IMG/VR virus record: IMGVR_UViG_3300032217_000845
Span: 32,001 to 96,000 of that record
Reading direction: 5' to 3' (one strand)
DNA length: 64,000 nt
From: a virus
Position numbers and translations under genes: made by a program
The notes under the pieces: model-generated
Seen by the model: only the letters and a program-made list of their open reading frames with translations
Database searches by the model: none
What the model was told of the DNA's origin: nothing
Shown: in pieces, positions 7,535 through 17,449 of the stretch
Position numbering within the stretch: position 1 is the stretch's first letter
How the letters are laid out: each line of letters starts with the position of its first letter

Positions 7535-10500
7535 TTACTGCTTTCTTCTTGATGAGCCAGAACCAGATGAGGAACTGGAAGCTGATGAGGATGCAGCACT
7601 GGCGGCGGCACCCGCGGCTGCTTGGATAGCTGCTCCTGTAGCAACAACTGTTGCAACGACTACCTTCTTGGATTCTTCACGAACCTTTGGAGACATGTCG
7701 GCACCTGCGTTGCCAAAGAAGTTGATAAGTTCTGCAGCTGCTGCAAGACCAGGGATAGCTGCTAGCTCAGGGCTTAGTTCGATGTCATCTTGCTCGGCAG
7801 CAAGGTAAAGAGCGTCCAACGCTTGCTGGTACTCTGGGCTCCCTGCTTCTGCTGTTTCAAATGTTTCAAGAGCGGCTGCAACTAGTTGCTCTGCTTGAGC
7901 CTCGGTAAGTTCAGTCGGGTCTACAGCGTCAAGGTTTACTTCCATCAGGTTCTCGGCAGATAGTTCAGCTGGGATTTCTTTAGAGCCTTTTTCTTCTGGA
8001 GCAGGAGGTTCTTCATTAGCAATAGTTTCGATGCTGTTGAACTCGATAGAGGTAGGTAGTTCGGTGTTCTGGACTTCTAGCATTGAAGATGAGTAAGAGG
8101 TCAAAGATTCTGAAACGGTCTCATCTGCAACTTCCTTAATTGAAAGATTGGCTGCAGTTACTTTCTGAGCAGAAGCTAGCGACGCACTTATTGTAGTTAG
8201 TTCAGATTCCTTAGTAGTAACTTGAGCTTGAGAGGCTGTAACTTCTGATGAGGCAACATCTACTGATTGTTGAGAAGTTGTCAAAATGTCAGTGGCTGCC
8301 AGTAAGGTTGCTTCGGCAGAAGCCTTAGTTGAAATTGCAGTTCCTAAATCAGAAGCTGCTGAGTCCTTGGCTGTCTGTGCTGAAGTCTTGGCTGCTAATT
8401 TGCTTGACTTGTCTGATGTAGCAGTAGCTAGATTGCTAGTTGCTGTCTCGTGCTTTGTTGTAGCAGTATCTACATTGGTAGATGCTGTCTGGTAATTAGT
8501 GACTGCTTCGTCATAGTTATCTTGAGCAACGGTGAACGCAGCAACGGATGAGTTGTAGGTAGATGTTGATGAGTTGTGTGCAGCGATAGCTGAGTTCAGA
8601 TTAGTAGTAGCTTCCTCCTTCGCTGCAAGTAAAGTTGCTACTGCTTGTGTCTGCTGCTCTTGTTGAGAAGTTAGAGCAACGATTAAGTTGGAAGCTTGAG
8701 TCTTCTGATTGTTTAGAGTTCCGACTGTTTCCCAGATGGAATCTCTGTTGATTAGTGCTGCGTCGTAGTCTGCTTGTGCTTGCTGTACTTCAGGATAGGC
8801 AGCATTGAGAGTTGTTGCTGAATCAATAACTGCGTAGTATCCAGCTGTTGACTGTTGAGCCGCTGCTTGCTGAGATGCTTGGGCCGATGTCCAGTCAGAG
8901 TTAGCAGTAGTGTAAGCATCAAGGGCAGCGTTATAGTTTGCCTGTGCTTCTTGAAGTGCTGGAAGTAGAGCAGGGTCATTGATAAGAGGAGCCACTTGAT
9001 TAGGGATAACCTCTGTGACATAGTAGGTCTCAGTAGTATAAGTGGTCACCTCTTCGTAGGTAGTAGTGGTTGTTGTAGTTGTACCTAAGTTAGCTGCTGG
9101 AACAAGTTGGTAGCCTGTCTGTGGGGTGTAGTAGTAAAGCCAGACTGCTGCTCCGCCGCCATTCTCGTAATAGTAGAGAGTGATTGAGTGAGTAGAGCCT
9201 GCCTCGAAATAAACAGGTACAGATGTAGAACCGCCTCCACCCTTGTCATACCAGTCGCTAATAATTTGAACTCCGTCAATTAGAAGGATTGTTCCGTCGT
9301 CTGCTGGAGAGTAGAACTGGTAGTTGCCAGAGGTTGGGAATGAGATGTTTCCAGTAAAGCGAACGATTACATCCTCTGAGCGTCCTGAGCCTAGGACTTG
9401 CCCCCCTCCCCATTGGAAGTTAATGTTTGGAACTATGGTTGTATAGAAAGGTCTCTCTGTTGCTGTTGGAAGCGGTGGAGCATTGTTATAGCCTTGACGG
9501 TTGAATACGTCAGCGGTTAGACCTCCAGTAAGAGTTGTCACATTTCTTGCAACTGTTTCAGTGTGTGCAACCTGTCTAGTGTAGGCAACTTGCCAAGTCG
9601 CTGGTGTCCACGAAGGGTCGGAGATTAGTTCATTGTCATAGTTCCATTGTGCTTGGCTTAGTGCGTTCTGAGCTAAATCTAATGTGCTTTGTGCTTGATA
9701 GAAGGCAGACTGTTTTTCTATGTAGTTGTTGTAGGCAACATCGTACTCAGCTAGATACTTGTTGTAGGCAGTGACTACCTGAGTGTAGTTTGCTTGAGCA
9801 TTGGTGAGGGCTGCTTGCTTAGTATAAAGATTAGAGGTGCTTGAGCCTAGCTCGGAGTTTGCTTGGTAGAAGTTGCCCCAGGCTGTATCTAGTGGAGCAA
9901 GGGTAGCTTCGTAAGAATCCTGAGCAGCCGTGAGTTGTGCGTTGGTGTTATCTAGGGCATCAACACTTGAGTTGTAATCAGAAGCTGCTTGGCTGAAGGT
10001 GAGCTGAGCAGCGGTCTTAGTAGCAAGTGCTAAGTCTAAGTTGGTGGTGGCTTCAGCAAGATTGGTTTCGGCCGTTACCAAATCGTTATAATTGACTTCT
10101 CTACTTTGATGCGAAGTTGACAGGATGAGCTCTGCGTTTGCTAGTTCCTGCTGAAGGGTTGACTTTAAGTTAGATGCATTGTTATAAGCAATAACCGCTA
10201 AGTCGTAGTTGTCCTTGGCAATACTTAGAAGTTCAACCGCTGTTGTGTGGTCATTGGTTGCAGTTGTTAAGTTGTTGGTGGCAGTGGTTAAGGTAGCCTG
10301 AGCATCTTCTTTAGCTGTCTGAGCAGTTGCTAGGTTTGATGAGGCTGCAGTTAAGGTGGCAGTCTTATTAGTAAGTATAAGTTGGAGAGCGTCGTACTCT
10401 GCCTGAGTTAAGGTCTTCTGACTAGTTAGGGCAGTCTCGGAGTCGATGGCAGTATTGTATTTAGCAAGAGCGGTAGCAAGAGTTTGGGTTGCCTCTTGGT

Positions 10501-10942
10501 ATTGGGAGTAGGCGGTCTTGGCTGTTGCTAGCTTAGAGGTGTAGGAATCAACCTTTGCCTGGGCTGCGTCAATACGAGTCTGAAGCTCCACGGCATTGGC
10601 TGGATTTTTAGGAAGTATGTTCTTTAGCGTTGCTAGTTGACTTTTGGCAGATGATAGATTAGACTCTAAGATATTGATGTCCGCTAAAGAAGGAGTTTCA
10701 GATGACCATTTCGTTTGTAGGTTTCGACCTAGGAAGCTATTTGATTGGTTTAGCAACCCCGTTTGTAATCGCGATTGTGATTGCAACGGTGAAGTTTGTC
10801 CGTGACCAACGCCGCCGCTAGACGCGAAAGCAGACTCTGCCATACAAATTGGTAGGCTAACAAGAAGGGCCGCAGTGAATAACTGTGGTCCTTTCTTTAT
10901 GATGCTTCGGTGCTCTCCCTCACCCTTTTTAGGGTGTAGCAC
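7535..10942 (-). CDS. large secreted or surface coiled-coil protein with central PA14 domain
   Basis: Signal-peptide-like N-terminus, long Ala/Thr/Gln heptad repeats, INFQWGGG...RFTGNI...ADDGT...YYENGGGA PA14 signature, hydrophobic C-terminus. Confidence 0.8.
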   Translation of the reverse strand: MLHPKKGEGEHRSIIKKGPQLFTAALLVSLPICMAESAFASSGGVGHGQTSPLQSQSRLQTGLLNQSNSFLGRNLQTKWSSETPSLADINILESNLSSAKSQLATLKNILPKNPANAVELQTRIDAAQAKVDSYTSKLATAKTAYSQYQEATQTLATALAKYNTAIDSETALTSQKTLTQAEYDALQLILTNKTATLTAASSNLATAQTAKEDAQATLTTATNNLTTATNDHTTAVELLSIAKDNYDLAVIAYNNASNLKSTLQQELANAELILSTSHQSREVNYNDLVTAETNLAEATTNLDLALATKTAAQLTFSQAASDYNSSVDALDNTNAQLTAAQDSYEATLAPLDTAWGNFYQANSELGSSTSNLYTKQAALTNAQANYTQVVTAYNKYLAEYDVAYNNYIEKQSAFYQAQSTLDLAQNALSQAQWNYDNELISDPSWTPATWQVAYTRQVAHTETVARNVTTLTGGLTADVFNRQGYNNAPPLPTATERPFYTTIVPNINFQWGGGQVLGSGRSEDVIVRFTGNISFPTSGNYQFYSPADDGTILLIDGVQIISDWYDKGGGGSTSVPVYFEAGSTHSITLYYYENGGGAAVWLYYYTPQTGYQLVPAANLGTTTTTTTTYEEVTTYTTETYYVTEVIPNQVAPLINDPALLPALQEAQANYNAALDAYTTANSDWTSAQASQQAAAQQSTAGYYAVIDSATTLNAAYPEVQQAQADYDAALINRDSIWETVGTLNNQKTQASNLIVALTSQQEQQTQAVATLLAAKEEATTNLNSAIAAHNSSTSTYNSSVAAFTVAQDNYDEAVTNYQTASTNVDTATTKHETATSNLATATSDKSSKLAAKTSAQTAKDSAASDLGTAISTKASAEATLLAATDILTTSQQSVDVASSEVTASQAQVTTKESELTTISASLASAQKVTAANLSIKEVADETVSESLTSYSSSMLEVQNTELPTSIEFNSIETIANEEPPAPEEKGSKEIPAELSAENLMEVNLDAVDPTELTEAQAEQLVAAALETFETAEAGSPEYQQALDALYLAAEQDDIELSPELAAIPGLAAAAELINFFGNAGADMSPKVREESKKVVVATVVATGAAIQAAAGAAASAASSSASSSSSGSGSSRRKQ

Positions 10943-10948
10943 TTAGGC

Positions 10949-11164
10949 TTACTCTTTCTCTTCTGGTTCTCCCCAGACATAGACTTGAGTGGTCTTCATT
11001 AGGTCAAGTACATCTCGGGTCAGTGCCTCAACCGCTAGCAGAATGTCAGCTTTCGCATCTGGATTATTAGGGGGCTCGAGTTCAAAATGTACTTCTTGAA
11101 CAACTTCTTGACACAGTTGGAGGCGCTCAAGGGCTCTCTCAAGTGGGTCTCTGTTGTCTTCCAT
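10949..11164 (-). CDS. hypothetical protein
   Basis: 71 aa ORF, first gene of the minus-strand block. Confidence 0.6.
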   Translation of the reverse strand: MEDNRDPLERALERLQLCQEVVQEVHFELEPPNNPDAKADILLAVEALTRDVLDLMKTTQVYVWGEPEEKE

Positions 11165-11434
11165 GGTTTAATTATAAGGCCGAAACGTAATTCTGAATTG
11201 CCTGTTTATAAGGGTTTTAAGGGGTTGAAGTATACCATACTGAGGGTGTAGACTAACATAGTTTAGTATAATAAGTCAAGGAAATATGGATAGGTTTAGG
11301 AGAGGTTGTGGAAAAGATACTAGCAAGAAATAATGAGTTTGACTATGCAAAAGGTGCTAATGACTCTTTGTATGTATTAGCACTGAAGTTGGAGTTTCTC
11401 TATGAAAAACGTGCTAGTATGTCAACTAATATAT

Positions 11435-11524
11435 ACAGAACAACAGAATCAACTTATAAACCCCTACGTGTATGTACATACGATATTGGAGTAGTAGTAA
11501 ACCCAGTTGGTTCTGTTGTTCTGT
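11435..11524. repeat. 20 bp inverted repeat (19/20) enclosing a 12 bp perfect palindrome
   Basis: ACAGAACAACAGAATCAACT / AGTTGGTTCTGTTGTTCTGT; GTATGTACATAC at 11470-11481. Confidence 0.8.
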
Positions 11525-11643
11525 TATATAAGTTCTTTCTGTTAGTATTGGTGGATGGATTTGACAAAACTCACTTGACAAAACTTTTTAGAAAAAGCCG
11601 AAAAGAACTTGCACAAGCGGAACAAAAGAGATAGGATGCACTT

Positions 11644-12096
11644 ATGGAAGAAAACGCAATGTCCTTCTTCGACTTCACAGAAGATGAAGCAGAGAAGGCT
11701 CTAAACAATATCGAAATGCTGAGTGGTCGTAAAGATGGTCGTATCTGTCTTTGTGGTCACTCCAACGGAAGACACTCACTGGTCAACGGCATCTTGAGCT
11801 GCCAAGCAGCCAAACAGTACTGCCCATGTAAGAGTCTCCGTCTAGTGGTTGAGTGCTCAAACACCCGACCATTCCTACGCAAGACTTCTGGAGCAGGACC
11901 ACTTCATGCACTAAGTCAAGGTATCTCCTCTGCCATCAAAGCAGGCTACGAGATTAAGTGGCTAGTTGAGATGGAATGTGACAAGTGCCACAAGTCCGTC
12001 CCAGTCAGTCCAGTCCCAGTTAGCCAACGTGGTGTTGAGATGGATGAAGCAACTGGGTACGATGCTTTATTGTGTCGCGATTGTAGGACTGCCTAA
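11644..12096 (+). CDS. Cys-rich zinc-binding hypothetical protein
   Basis: CxCGH, CxC and CxxC motifs. Confidence 0.7.
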   Translation: MEENAMSFFDFTEDEAEKALNNIEMLSGRKDGRICLCGHSNGRHSLVNGILSCQAAKQYCPCKSLRLVVECSNTRPFLRKTSGAGPLHALSQGISSAIKAGYEIKWLVEMECDKCHKSVPVSPVPVSQRGVEMDEATGYDALLCRDCRTA

Positions 12097-12626
12097 TGAC
12101 TCCAGCAAAAGCATGCACTGCTGTCTATATCAATCAAGCCCGAGATGCACATAATCCAGGCGGTCCAGCCAACACCATCATGGTGAAGAATCTAGACGAG
12201 CACAAAGACAAGATACACGAACTGTTCTCTGAGGGTCTAATTAAACTAGACGAGATTAGAGTCTTAACTAGTTGGAGTCTCGGCAATCACATCTTTGGTG
12301 GAAAAGATTACATCCAGTTCACGTTCTATTGCTACTACACAATTAGAGCATCAGACCAAGTGAACATCGATGAACTTGTGGCAAAGGCTATTACCAAACT
12401 ACCTGAGTTAAATCTAGGACTGACCCACCACATCACACATTACAGCGATGAACTTAGTGGTGAAGGATTGCTAGGACCTTGCAAGAGATGTCAGGGTAGT
12501 GGAAACTTAACTAGTTACAGCTCATATCGAGCAGACGTAGAATATGATTGCCCAGACTGCGGCGGTCATGGAAAGAAGCTAAATGTTGAAACTGATGAAC
12601 AACAAACAAGTATCTCTATGGCTTAA
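12096..12626 (+). CDS. protein with DnaJ-type zinc finger
   Basis: CKRCQGSG...CPDCGGHG (CxxCxGxG twice). Confidence 0.7.
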   Translation: MTPAKACTAVYINQARDAHNPGGPANTIMVKNLDEHKDKIHELFSEGLIKLDEIRVLTSWSLGNHIFGGKDYIQFTFYCYYTIRASDQVNIDELVAKAITKLPELNLGLTHHITHYSDELSGEGLLGPCKRCQGSGNLTSYSSYRADVEYDCPDCGGHGKKLNVETDEQQTSISMA

Positions 12627-12864
12627 TGGTCAGTTCTTAAATCTTTACTCACACAAGACACTCCCGACCGAGTCAGTAGTAGAGATGACAAAAAGAATGA
12701 CTCAATACTTCCAAGGTGATGCCACCAGAGAAGACCTGAAGAATGCAAGAGTAAGTCTCATGTCTGAAGCATTAGTTGACCAAGATGACTCCGATACACT
12801 ACTGTCCCTATCTGAGGCAGATGTTGACTTAGCCTACACACTTTGGGTACTTGGCAATGGCTAA
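12583..12864 (+). CDS. hypothetical protein
   Basis: ORF within a gene-dense operon. Confidence 0.55.
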   Translation: MLKLMNNKQVSLWLNGQFLNLYSHKTLPTESVVEMTKRMTQYFQGDATREDLKNARVSLMSEALVDQDDSDTLLSLSEADVDLAYTLWVLGNG

Positions 12865-13156
12865 AGCATCTGCTCAACCAGATAGGTCTTCTACTACTAC
12901 CGTTACATCGATAGTTAGAATGCAACCATGCGGTTGGTGCAACACCGGAGACCACAAGACTTGTAAGCACGAAATACGCTATTATGAGAAACTGTGGATT
13001 TGCGGTTGTGAATGCAATAAAGATTGGATACCCTCAACCGAGAGGTCTAATAATGAAAACAAGGAGAACCATGAAGAGACTGTGGAACAGGTTGTTCAAG
13101 AAGAACAGCAAGTCCAAGAACCTGAAACCCCCGAAGGCACTGAAGAAGCTAGTTGA
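12857..13156 (+). CDS. Cys-rich hypothetical protein
   Basis: CGWC...C...CGCEC; overlaps the next gene. Confidence 0.5.
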   Translation: MAKASAQPDRSSTTTVTSIVRMQPCGWCNTGDHKTCKHEIRYYEKLWICGCECNKDWIPSTERSNNENKENHEETVEQVVQEEQQVQEPETPEGTEEAS

Positions 13157-13364
13157 TAGCATCGAACGTGACGACAAGGGTAGATGGGTAATCCCTACAG
13201 AGGGAACCAAACTTCCTAGAGACTTTACAGAAGAACTGAAAAGGTTAAAGGAAGACTTAAACAAGGCAACTGAAATTGCTGTACAGGTAACTGTAAAGAA
13301 ACCAGCACCTAAGAAGCCAGCACCAAAAAAGGCAACACCTAAAAAGAAAGACACTAATGAATAA
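13053..13364 (+). CDS. basic hypothetical protein with Lys/Pro/Ala tail
   Basis: GAGAGG RBS before ATG 13053; KKPAPKK repeats. Confidence 0.55.
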   Translation: MKTRRTMKRLWNRLFKKNSKSKNLKPPKALKKLVDSIERDDKGRWVIPTEGTKLPRDFTEELKRLKEDLNKATEIAVQVTVKKPAPKKPAPKKATPKKKDTNE

Positions 13365-13689
13365 AGCAGCACTAGAGTCCTACCTAAGAAATCTATTAGG
13401 TCAGGCAATCGGAGCAGTTGTAATCGTTGGACAGACTTCGGGAATCGTATCCCCAGTCGACTTCGGCGTAGCAGAGTGGCTACTTGTAGCTAACGCTTTG
13501 TGGGCATCTGCAATCCCAACCCTCCTTCGTTGGGTAAACAAGAAGGACCCAGCATTTGGTCGAGTAGCCGAAGTAGTTGCAAAGGAAGTTAGCACTAAGC
13601 TAGTCACCGAAGCAGCAAAGGCAAAGGCTGTAAAGCCAGCTACTAAGCCAGTTGCAAAGAAGCCAACCCCTAAGAAGCCAAAGGCTTAA
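13357..13689 (+). CDS. holin-like membrane protein
   Basis: Two N-terminal hydrophobic helices, LRWVNKKDPAFG, basic tail. Confidence 0.6.
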   Translation: MNKAALESYLRNLLGQAIGAVVIVGQTSGIVSPVDFGVAEWLLVANALWASAIPTLLRWVNKKDPAFGRVAEVVAKEVSTKLVTEAAKAKAVKPATKPVAKKPTPKKPKA

Positions 13690-13690
13690 A

Positions 13691-14143
13691 TTGGATTTGG
13701 TGGCTCCAAGAAAAGCAGCCGAGGAGTTCGGAGTAACTTCTGGGATGATTTGGTATTGGCTGAAGAAGGGTCGCATTAACCGCTACCCAATTGAAGGCAA
13801 TACCAGAAACTATCTTGTGAGCTTGACCGAGGTGTGGGAGGCTATCGAATGGAAATCAAACCTAATCGATAGTCACCCTAACCTTGTCACACGGAAAGAA
13901 GCGGCAAGTCTAATCGGAGTAGTCGAGAAAGAAATCTCCTACTATGTCAAGATGGGTTATCTAAAGCCCCACTACATCTTTGGCAACGGCAAGCATTACT
14001 TAGTGGAGCGAGAAGAAGTTTTAAAGCAACCGAAACGGATTGCTGATATGTACTCTGCACCTGAACGGAAGCAGAAGTTGAGAGAGCTAGCCTTATCTCA
14101 ACCGCGTCAAGGCAAAGCCTTCGCAAAACGCCAAACCGACTAA
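13691..14143 (+). CDS. tandem MerR/excisionase-like HTH DNA-binding protein
   Basis: Two repeats of AAxxxGV...IxYxxKxGxI/L. Confidence 0.75.
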   Translation: MDLVAPRKAAEEFGVTSGMIWYWLKKGRINRYPIEGNTRNYLVSLTEVWEAIEWKSNLIDSHPNLVTRKEAASLIGVVEKEISYYVKMGYLKPHYIFGNGKHYLVEREEVLKQPKRIADMYSAPERKQKLRELALSQPRQGKAFAKRQTD

Positions 14144-14200
14144 GTCCCATTTTGGGACCCCCACCTGTTAGTCTTGTATCAAGACTAGAACCGAGACAGC

Positions 14201-14449
14201 GTGGAAAAAGAAAAAGCAATCAAGATAAACTACGCCGCTGAATTAGCGGGGGTGTCGCAGAAGACTATCTACAACTGGATTAGCAACGGATACCTGCGTA
14301 TGTATCACCCTGGATTTGTCTTGTTTTCTGAAGTGCGGCGAGCACAGATAGTCATAAATAATCTTAAATCAGAGCAGTCTCGTAACCGAGTTAAGGTATC
14401 AAACCGAGACAATCTTGGACGCTTTACTACCAATCAGCAAACCGATTAG
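14201..14449 (+). CDS. HTH DNA-binding protein (excisionase-like)
   Basis: AAELAGVSQKTIYNWISNGYL. Confidence 0.8.
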   Translation: MEKEKAIKINYAAELAGVSQKTIYNWISNGYLRMYHPGFVLFSEVRRAQIVINNLKSEQSRNRVKVSNRDNLGRFTTNQQTD

Positions 14450-14691
14450 TATGCTACATTATGAAATGTTGTTTATGAATGGAGAAAAGGTAGCCGTCGC
14501 CCTCTCCACACGCAAAAAATCGTCTCGAGAAAATTACTGTACACTACGATTTGTACAACCGATTAAGAAAGAGTAACCTTACCAGCCATGATAAACTTGA
14601 TACGAAGGCACCTTCGTCACAAGTCCTCTCCCCAGCTGGCGAAGGTGTCTTCTTTACTTCGGACCACTAATACGAAGTTAAGGCCAACCGG

Positions 14692-15627
14692 ATGACCGAC
14701 TCAGAACTCATCAATGTTTTTAACCCAACCGGCGAGCAAGAAGAACGCGCCGAATATGTAATCGACGAACCGCTAGACCTACGTCCTGACCTGACCCTCA
14801 TCGGATTAGAAGAAGTTGACAAAGGTGTATGTGAGGATACATTTGAGAACCGACAAGTCTTGCGGCGAGCAAAGCTAAACTGGGACCCTGTCTACTCAAC
14901 CAACGGAATCCCAACGGGTCTCATTAGGGCCCGCTCCCAACAAAGTACTATCGAGCGTCGTATCCTCTCACTTAGTGAGAAGAAGCCAATCATGGTTGAC
15001 CCTGACAACCGCAACTCTGATTACCTAACCGGCCTGGACTTAGTAGCTGAGGAGAAGACCGACTACCTGGTACCGCCTTGGGTTATCGGAGCTACCCGAC
15101 TTTGGATTAAGGAACAAAACGAAGGCGGCCCGCGCAGCGAAAAGCGCAAGCCGCTAGCATTGCCGCACCGCTGTCGTCAGATTAAAGACGACACCATCCG
15201 ATGTATGCTATGGTCCAGCGGACGTCCGAATGATGACGGCTTGTGCCGCATCCATCTTCGTAGTACGAAACATAAGACTAGTGATGACATCGAACGGGCC
15301 CGCACTAAGTTGCAGCAAGCTGCACCGTATGCAGTTGACATGCTTGAAGACTTGATGGAGAACGCTGAGTCAGAACCGGTTAAGCTCAAAGCAGCAACCG
15401 AGATACTTGACCGAGCCGGCGTGCGCGGAGGAATAGAAATTGATTCAACCGTCAACATCGACTTGAGACCTGCGGCTAGCATCATCAGTGAGCGCCTTAA
15501 CCGCTTAGCCTCAGGGGCTATCGAAGCTGCAGGTAAGCTAGCCGCTGCAGGTGTTAGAGTAGAGACCGAGCAAGATATGATTGAAGCTGAAGTTGTTGAA
15601 GACAACGGCCAGGAAGAAGAGCGTTGA
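14692..15627 (+). CDS. probable terminase small subunit-like protein
   Basis: C..C..CRIH zinc motif, then ARTKLQQAAPYAVDMLEDL...VKLKAATEILDRAG and a terminal IEAEVVE, an arrangement I associate with actinophage TerS. Confidence 0.5.
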   Translation: MTDSELINVFNPTGEQEERAEYVIDEPLDLRPDLTLIGLEEVDKGVCEDTFENRQVLRRAKLNWDPVYSTNGIPTGLIRARSQQSTIERRILSLSEKKPIMVDPDNRNSDYLTGLDLVAEEKTDYLVPPWVIGATRLWIKEQNEGGPRSEKRKPLALPHRCRQIKDDTIRCMLWSSGRPNDDGLCRIHLRSTKHKTSDDIERARTKLQQAAPYAVDMLEDLMENAESEPVKLKAATEILDRAGVRGGIEIDSTVNIDLRPAASIISERLNRLASGAIEAAGKLAAAGVRVETEQDMIEAEVVEDNGQEEER

Positions 15628-15809
15628 GCAACATCGAATTTATAATCGAGGCGGCCCGCCTTCACTACGCCAATGTCACCTCTGACATACAGAACGCCAG
15701 TACCCGCCTCGAGCACATGAGATTAACCGCTCTAGCTCAGGAAGCTAAGAACCTGGTAACGGAGCTGGAGAACTTCGCATTAACCGATGAGCAGCGAGCA
15801 GCGAGCTGA
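15624..15809 (+). CDS. hypothetical protein
   Basis: Coupled TTG start; 61 aa. Confidence 0.5.
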   Translation: MSNIEFIIEAARLHYANVTSDIQNASTRLEHMRLTALAQEAKNLVTELENFALTDEQRAAS

Positions 15810-15841
15810 AGAGCTCAGCCGCAGAGAGTAACTTCACATTA

Positions 15842-16693
15842 ATGTTTCGAAATGACAAACCGGCCAGGGCCCAGGAATTCATCCAGGCAGCAAAGAACTA
15901 CTTAGGCTACGTAGCGGGACCGATGCTGCGGAACCAGTTCGGCGAGCGCGTAGGGTATAATTCACAACCGTGGGCTGGAGCATTCATTGACGTCGTTGCA
16001 CGTGAGTGCGGCCTGCAGTTACCATCTTGCGTTCAAACCGCATCCGGGCTAGCTGAGCTCATCAACAACGGATTAGTACGAAGTCGACCGCTGCCTGGGG
16101 ACCTGGTCTTTTTTGCCTTCTCCTCCGAAAACGCGGCGAGCGCTTTTGCAATGCCGCATGTTGGGATAGTCATCGATACACGTGAGTACAAGTCAACGGG
16201 TAGATTCCTTACCATCGAAGGTAACGTACGGCCAGCTAATGCAAAGTATGGCCAGGATACCGACGGCGTGCACCAACGGGTCCGCTACCAGGGAGACGTA
16301 CTTGCGTACATTCGTCCGAAGTTCAACGGCAGCCGCAGCGGCCTGCATCCGGTTCAACTTCTCATTAAGGTTATTGCGAAGCTGAGCTCGAAGACGGCCC
16401 GCCTGGAAGCAACCGCTCTTGAAGAAGCGGCCCGCGTACCTAAGGACGTGTCAACCGCTGCGCTGAAGCCAGGTCTACGTAACCGCTCCATCGAAGTGGT
16501 GCAGCTAGCACTGGGTGTAACCGTTAATCTGAAGTCAGCGACGCCAGGTACCTGGGATGCTGCAACCGCGAACGCCTTCGCTAGGTATCAACGTCGCATC
16601 GGATATGTTGGAACCGCTGCCAGTGGTAACGTTGACCGAGTCACGCTACAGAGACTGGCCGCTGAAACCGGACTCTTCCAGGTAACTGATTAA
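15842..16693 (+). CDS. CHAP-like domain plus peptidoglycan-binding domain; catalytic Cys replaced by Ala
   Basis: PWAGAF, PGDLVFF, HVGIV, TIEGN; C-terminal VQLAL...AFARYQRRIG...GNVD..TL PG-binding helices. Confidence 0.75.
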   Translation: MFRNDKPARAQEFIQAAKNYLGYVAGPMLRNQFGERVGYNSQPWAGAFIDVVARECGLQLPSCVQTASGLAELINNGLVRSRPLPGDLVFFAFSSENAASAFAMPHVGIVIDTREYKSTGRFLTIEGNVRPANAKYGQDTDGVHQRVRYQGDVLAYIRPKFNGSRSGLHPVQLLIKVIAKLSSKTARLEATALEEAARVPKDVSTAALKPGLRNRSIEVVQLALGVTVNLKSATPGTWDAATANAFARYQRRIGYVGTAASGNVDRVTLQRLAAETGLFQVTD

Positions 16694-16858
16694 TCCGAAG
16701 TTAATGCGAAGCTGAAGCTCGAGCTCCGGCCGCCGGCTGAACTTCGCACTAAGGATGAGAAGTTCTCCTCTTTTCTTTTTCCGACTCGCCGTCAAACCGA
16801 CTTGACATAATCTGCAGTGGTTGCTATAGTGAATCCATCACAACCGAAAGGAACCACA

Positions 16859-17059
16859 ATGCCTAAGTACTTCATAAGATTCGATGTTCGCGAAGACTGG
16901 AAGGGCACCTTTGATGCCGACAATCTTGAGCACGCCAAGGAACTAGTTCGCCAGTTAGCCGAAGATGAGATTGGCACGGATGAACTTCCAAACTTCGATG
17001 ACCGCAACATGGGGATTTCCATCGAGGTCTACGAGGACAGTCTTGAGGAACTACCGTAA
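16859..17059 (+). CDS. hypothetical protein
   Basis: TTGACA-N17-TATAGT promoter at 16802-16830; GAAAGGA RBS. Confidence 0.65.
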   Translation: MPKYFIRFDVREDWKGTFDADNLEHAKELVRQLAEDEIGTDELPNFDDRNMGISIEVYEDSLEELP

Positions 17060-17370
17060 TGTGCTACGCATGCGATGACTTTGAATTCGAGGAACCGTGC
17101 CCAACCAAGTTCCCAGGATGCCAAGGTAACTGTTACGGCTTCGACTGCGCGGCATGCTCAGCGAACACGCTTCACCTGGACGAGTACTACATGGTAACCG
17201 ATGAGGTTTGGGAAGCGGCCTGGCCTCAGGACCGCGGCATGCTTTGCATCGGATGCCTTGAGTCGAAGTTGGGAAGGACCTTAACCGCTGCTGATTTCAC
17301 GGATGCCCCAGTCAATGACGGAGTCTTCGGCCAGTCCGAACGGCTAGCGGCCCGCTTGGCCGCGGAGTAA
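17059..17370 (+). CDS. Cys-rich phage protein
   Basis: YMVTDEVW...LCIGCLESKLGRTL...DF motif, common in actinophages. Confidence 0.65.
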   Translation: MCYACDDFEFEEPCPTKFPGCQGNCYGFDCAACSANTLHLDEYYMVTDEVWEAAWPQDRGMLCIGCLESKLGRTLTAADFTDAPVNDGVFGQSERLAARLAAE

Positions 17371-17449
17371 CTTCGTACTAACGGCTTGCCTGGAAGACGG
17401 CGAGCGCCTTCCCCAAATCACTATCTCGAACAACGGGTATGCTAACCGT

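Noticed and set aside
11308-11634. 108 aa ORF from the track
   Set aside because: AT-rich, overlaps an inverted repeat and promoter-like boxes, atypical composition
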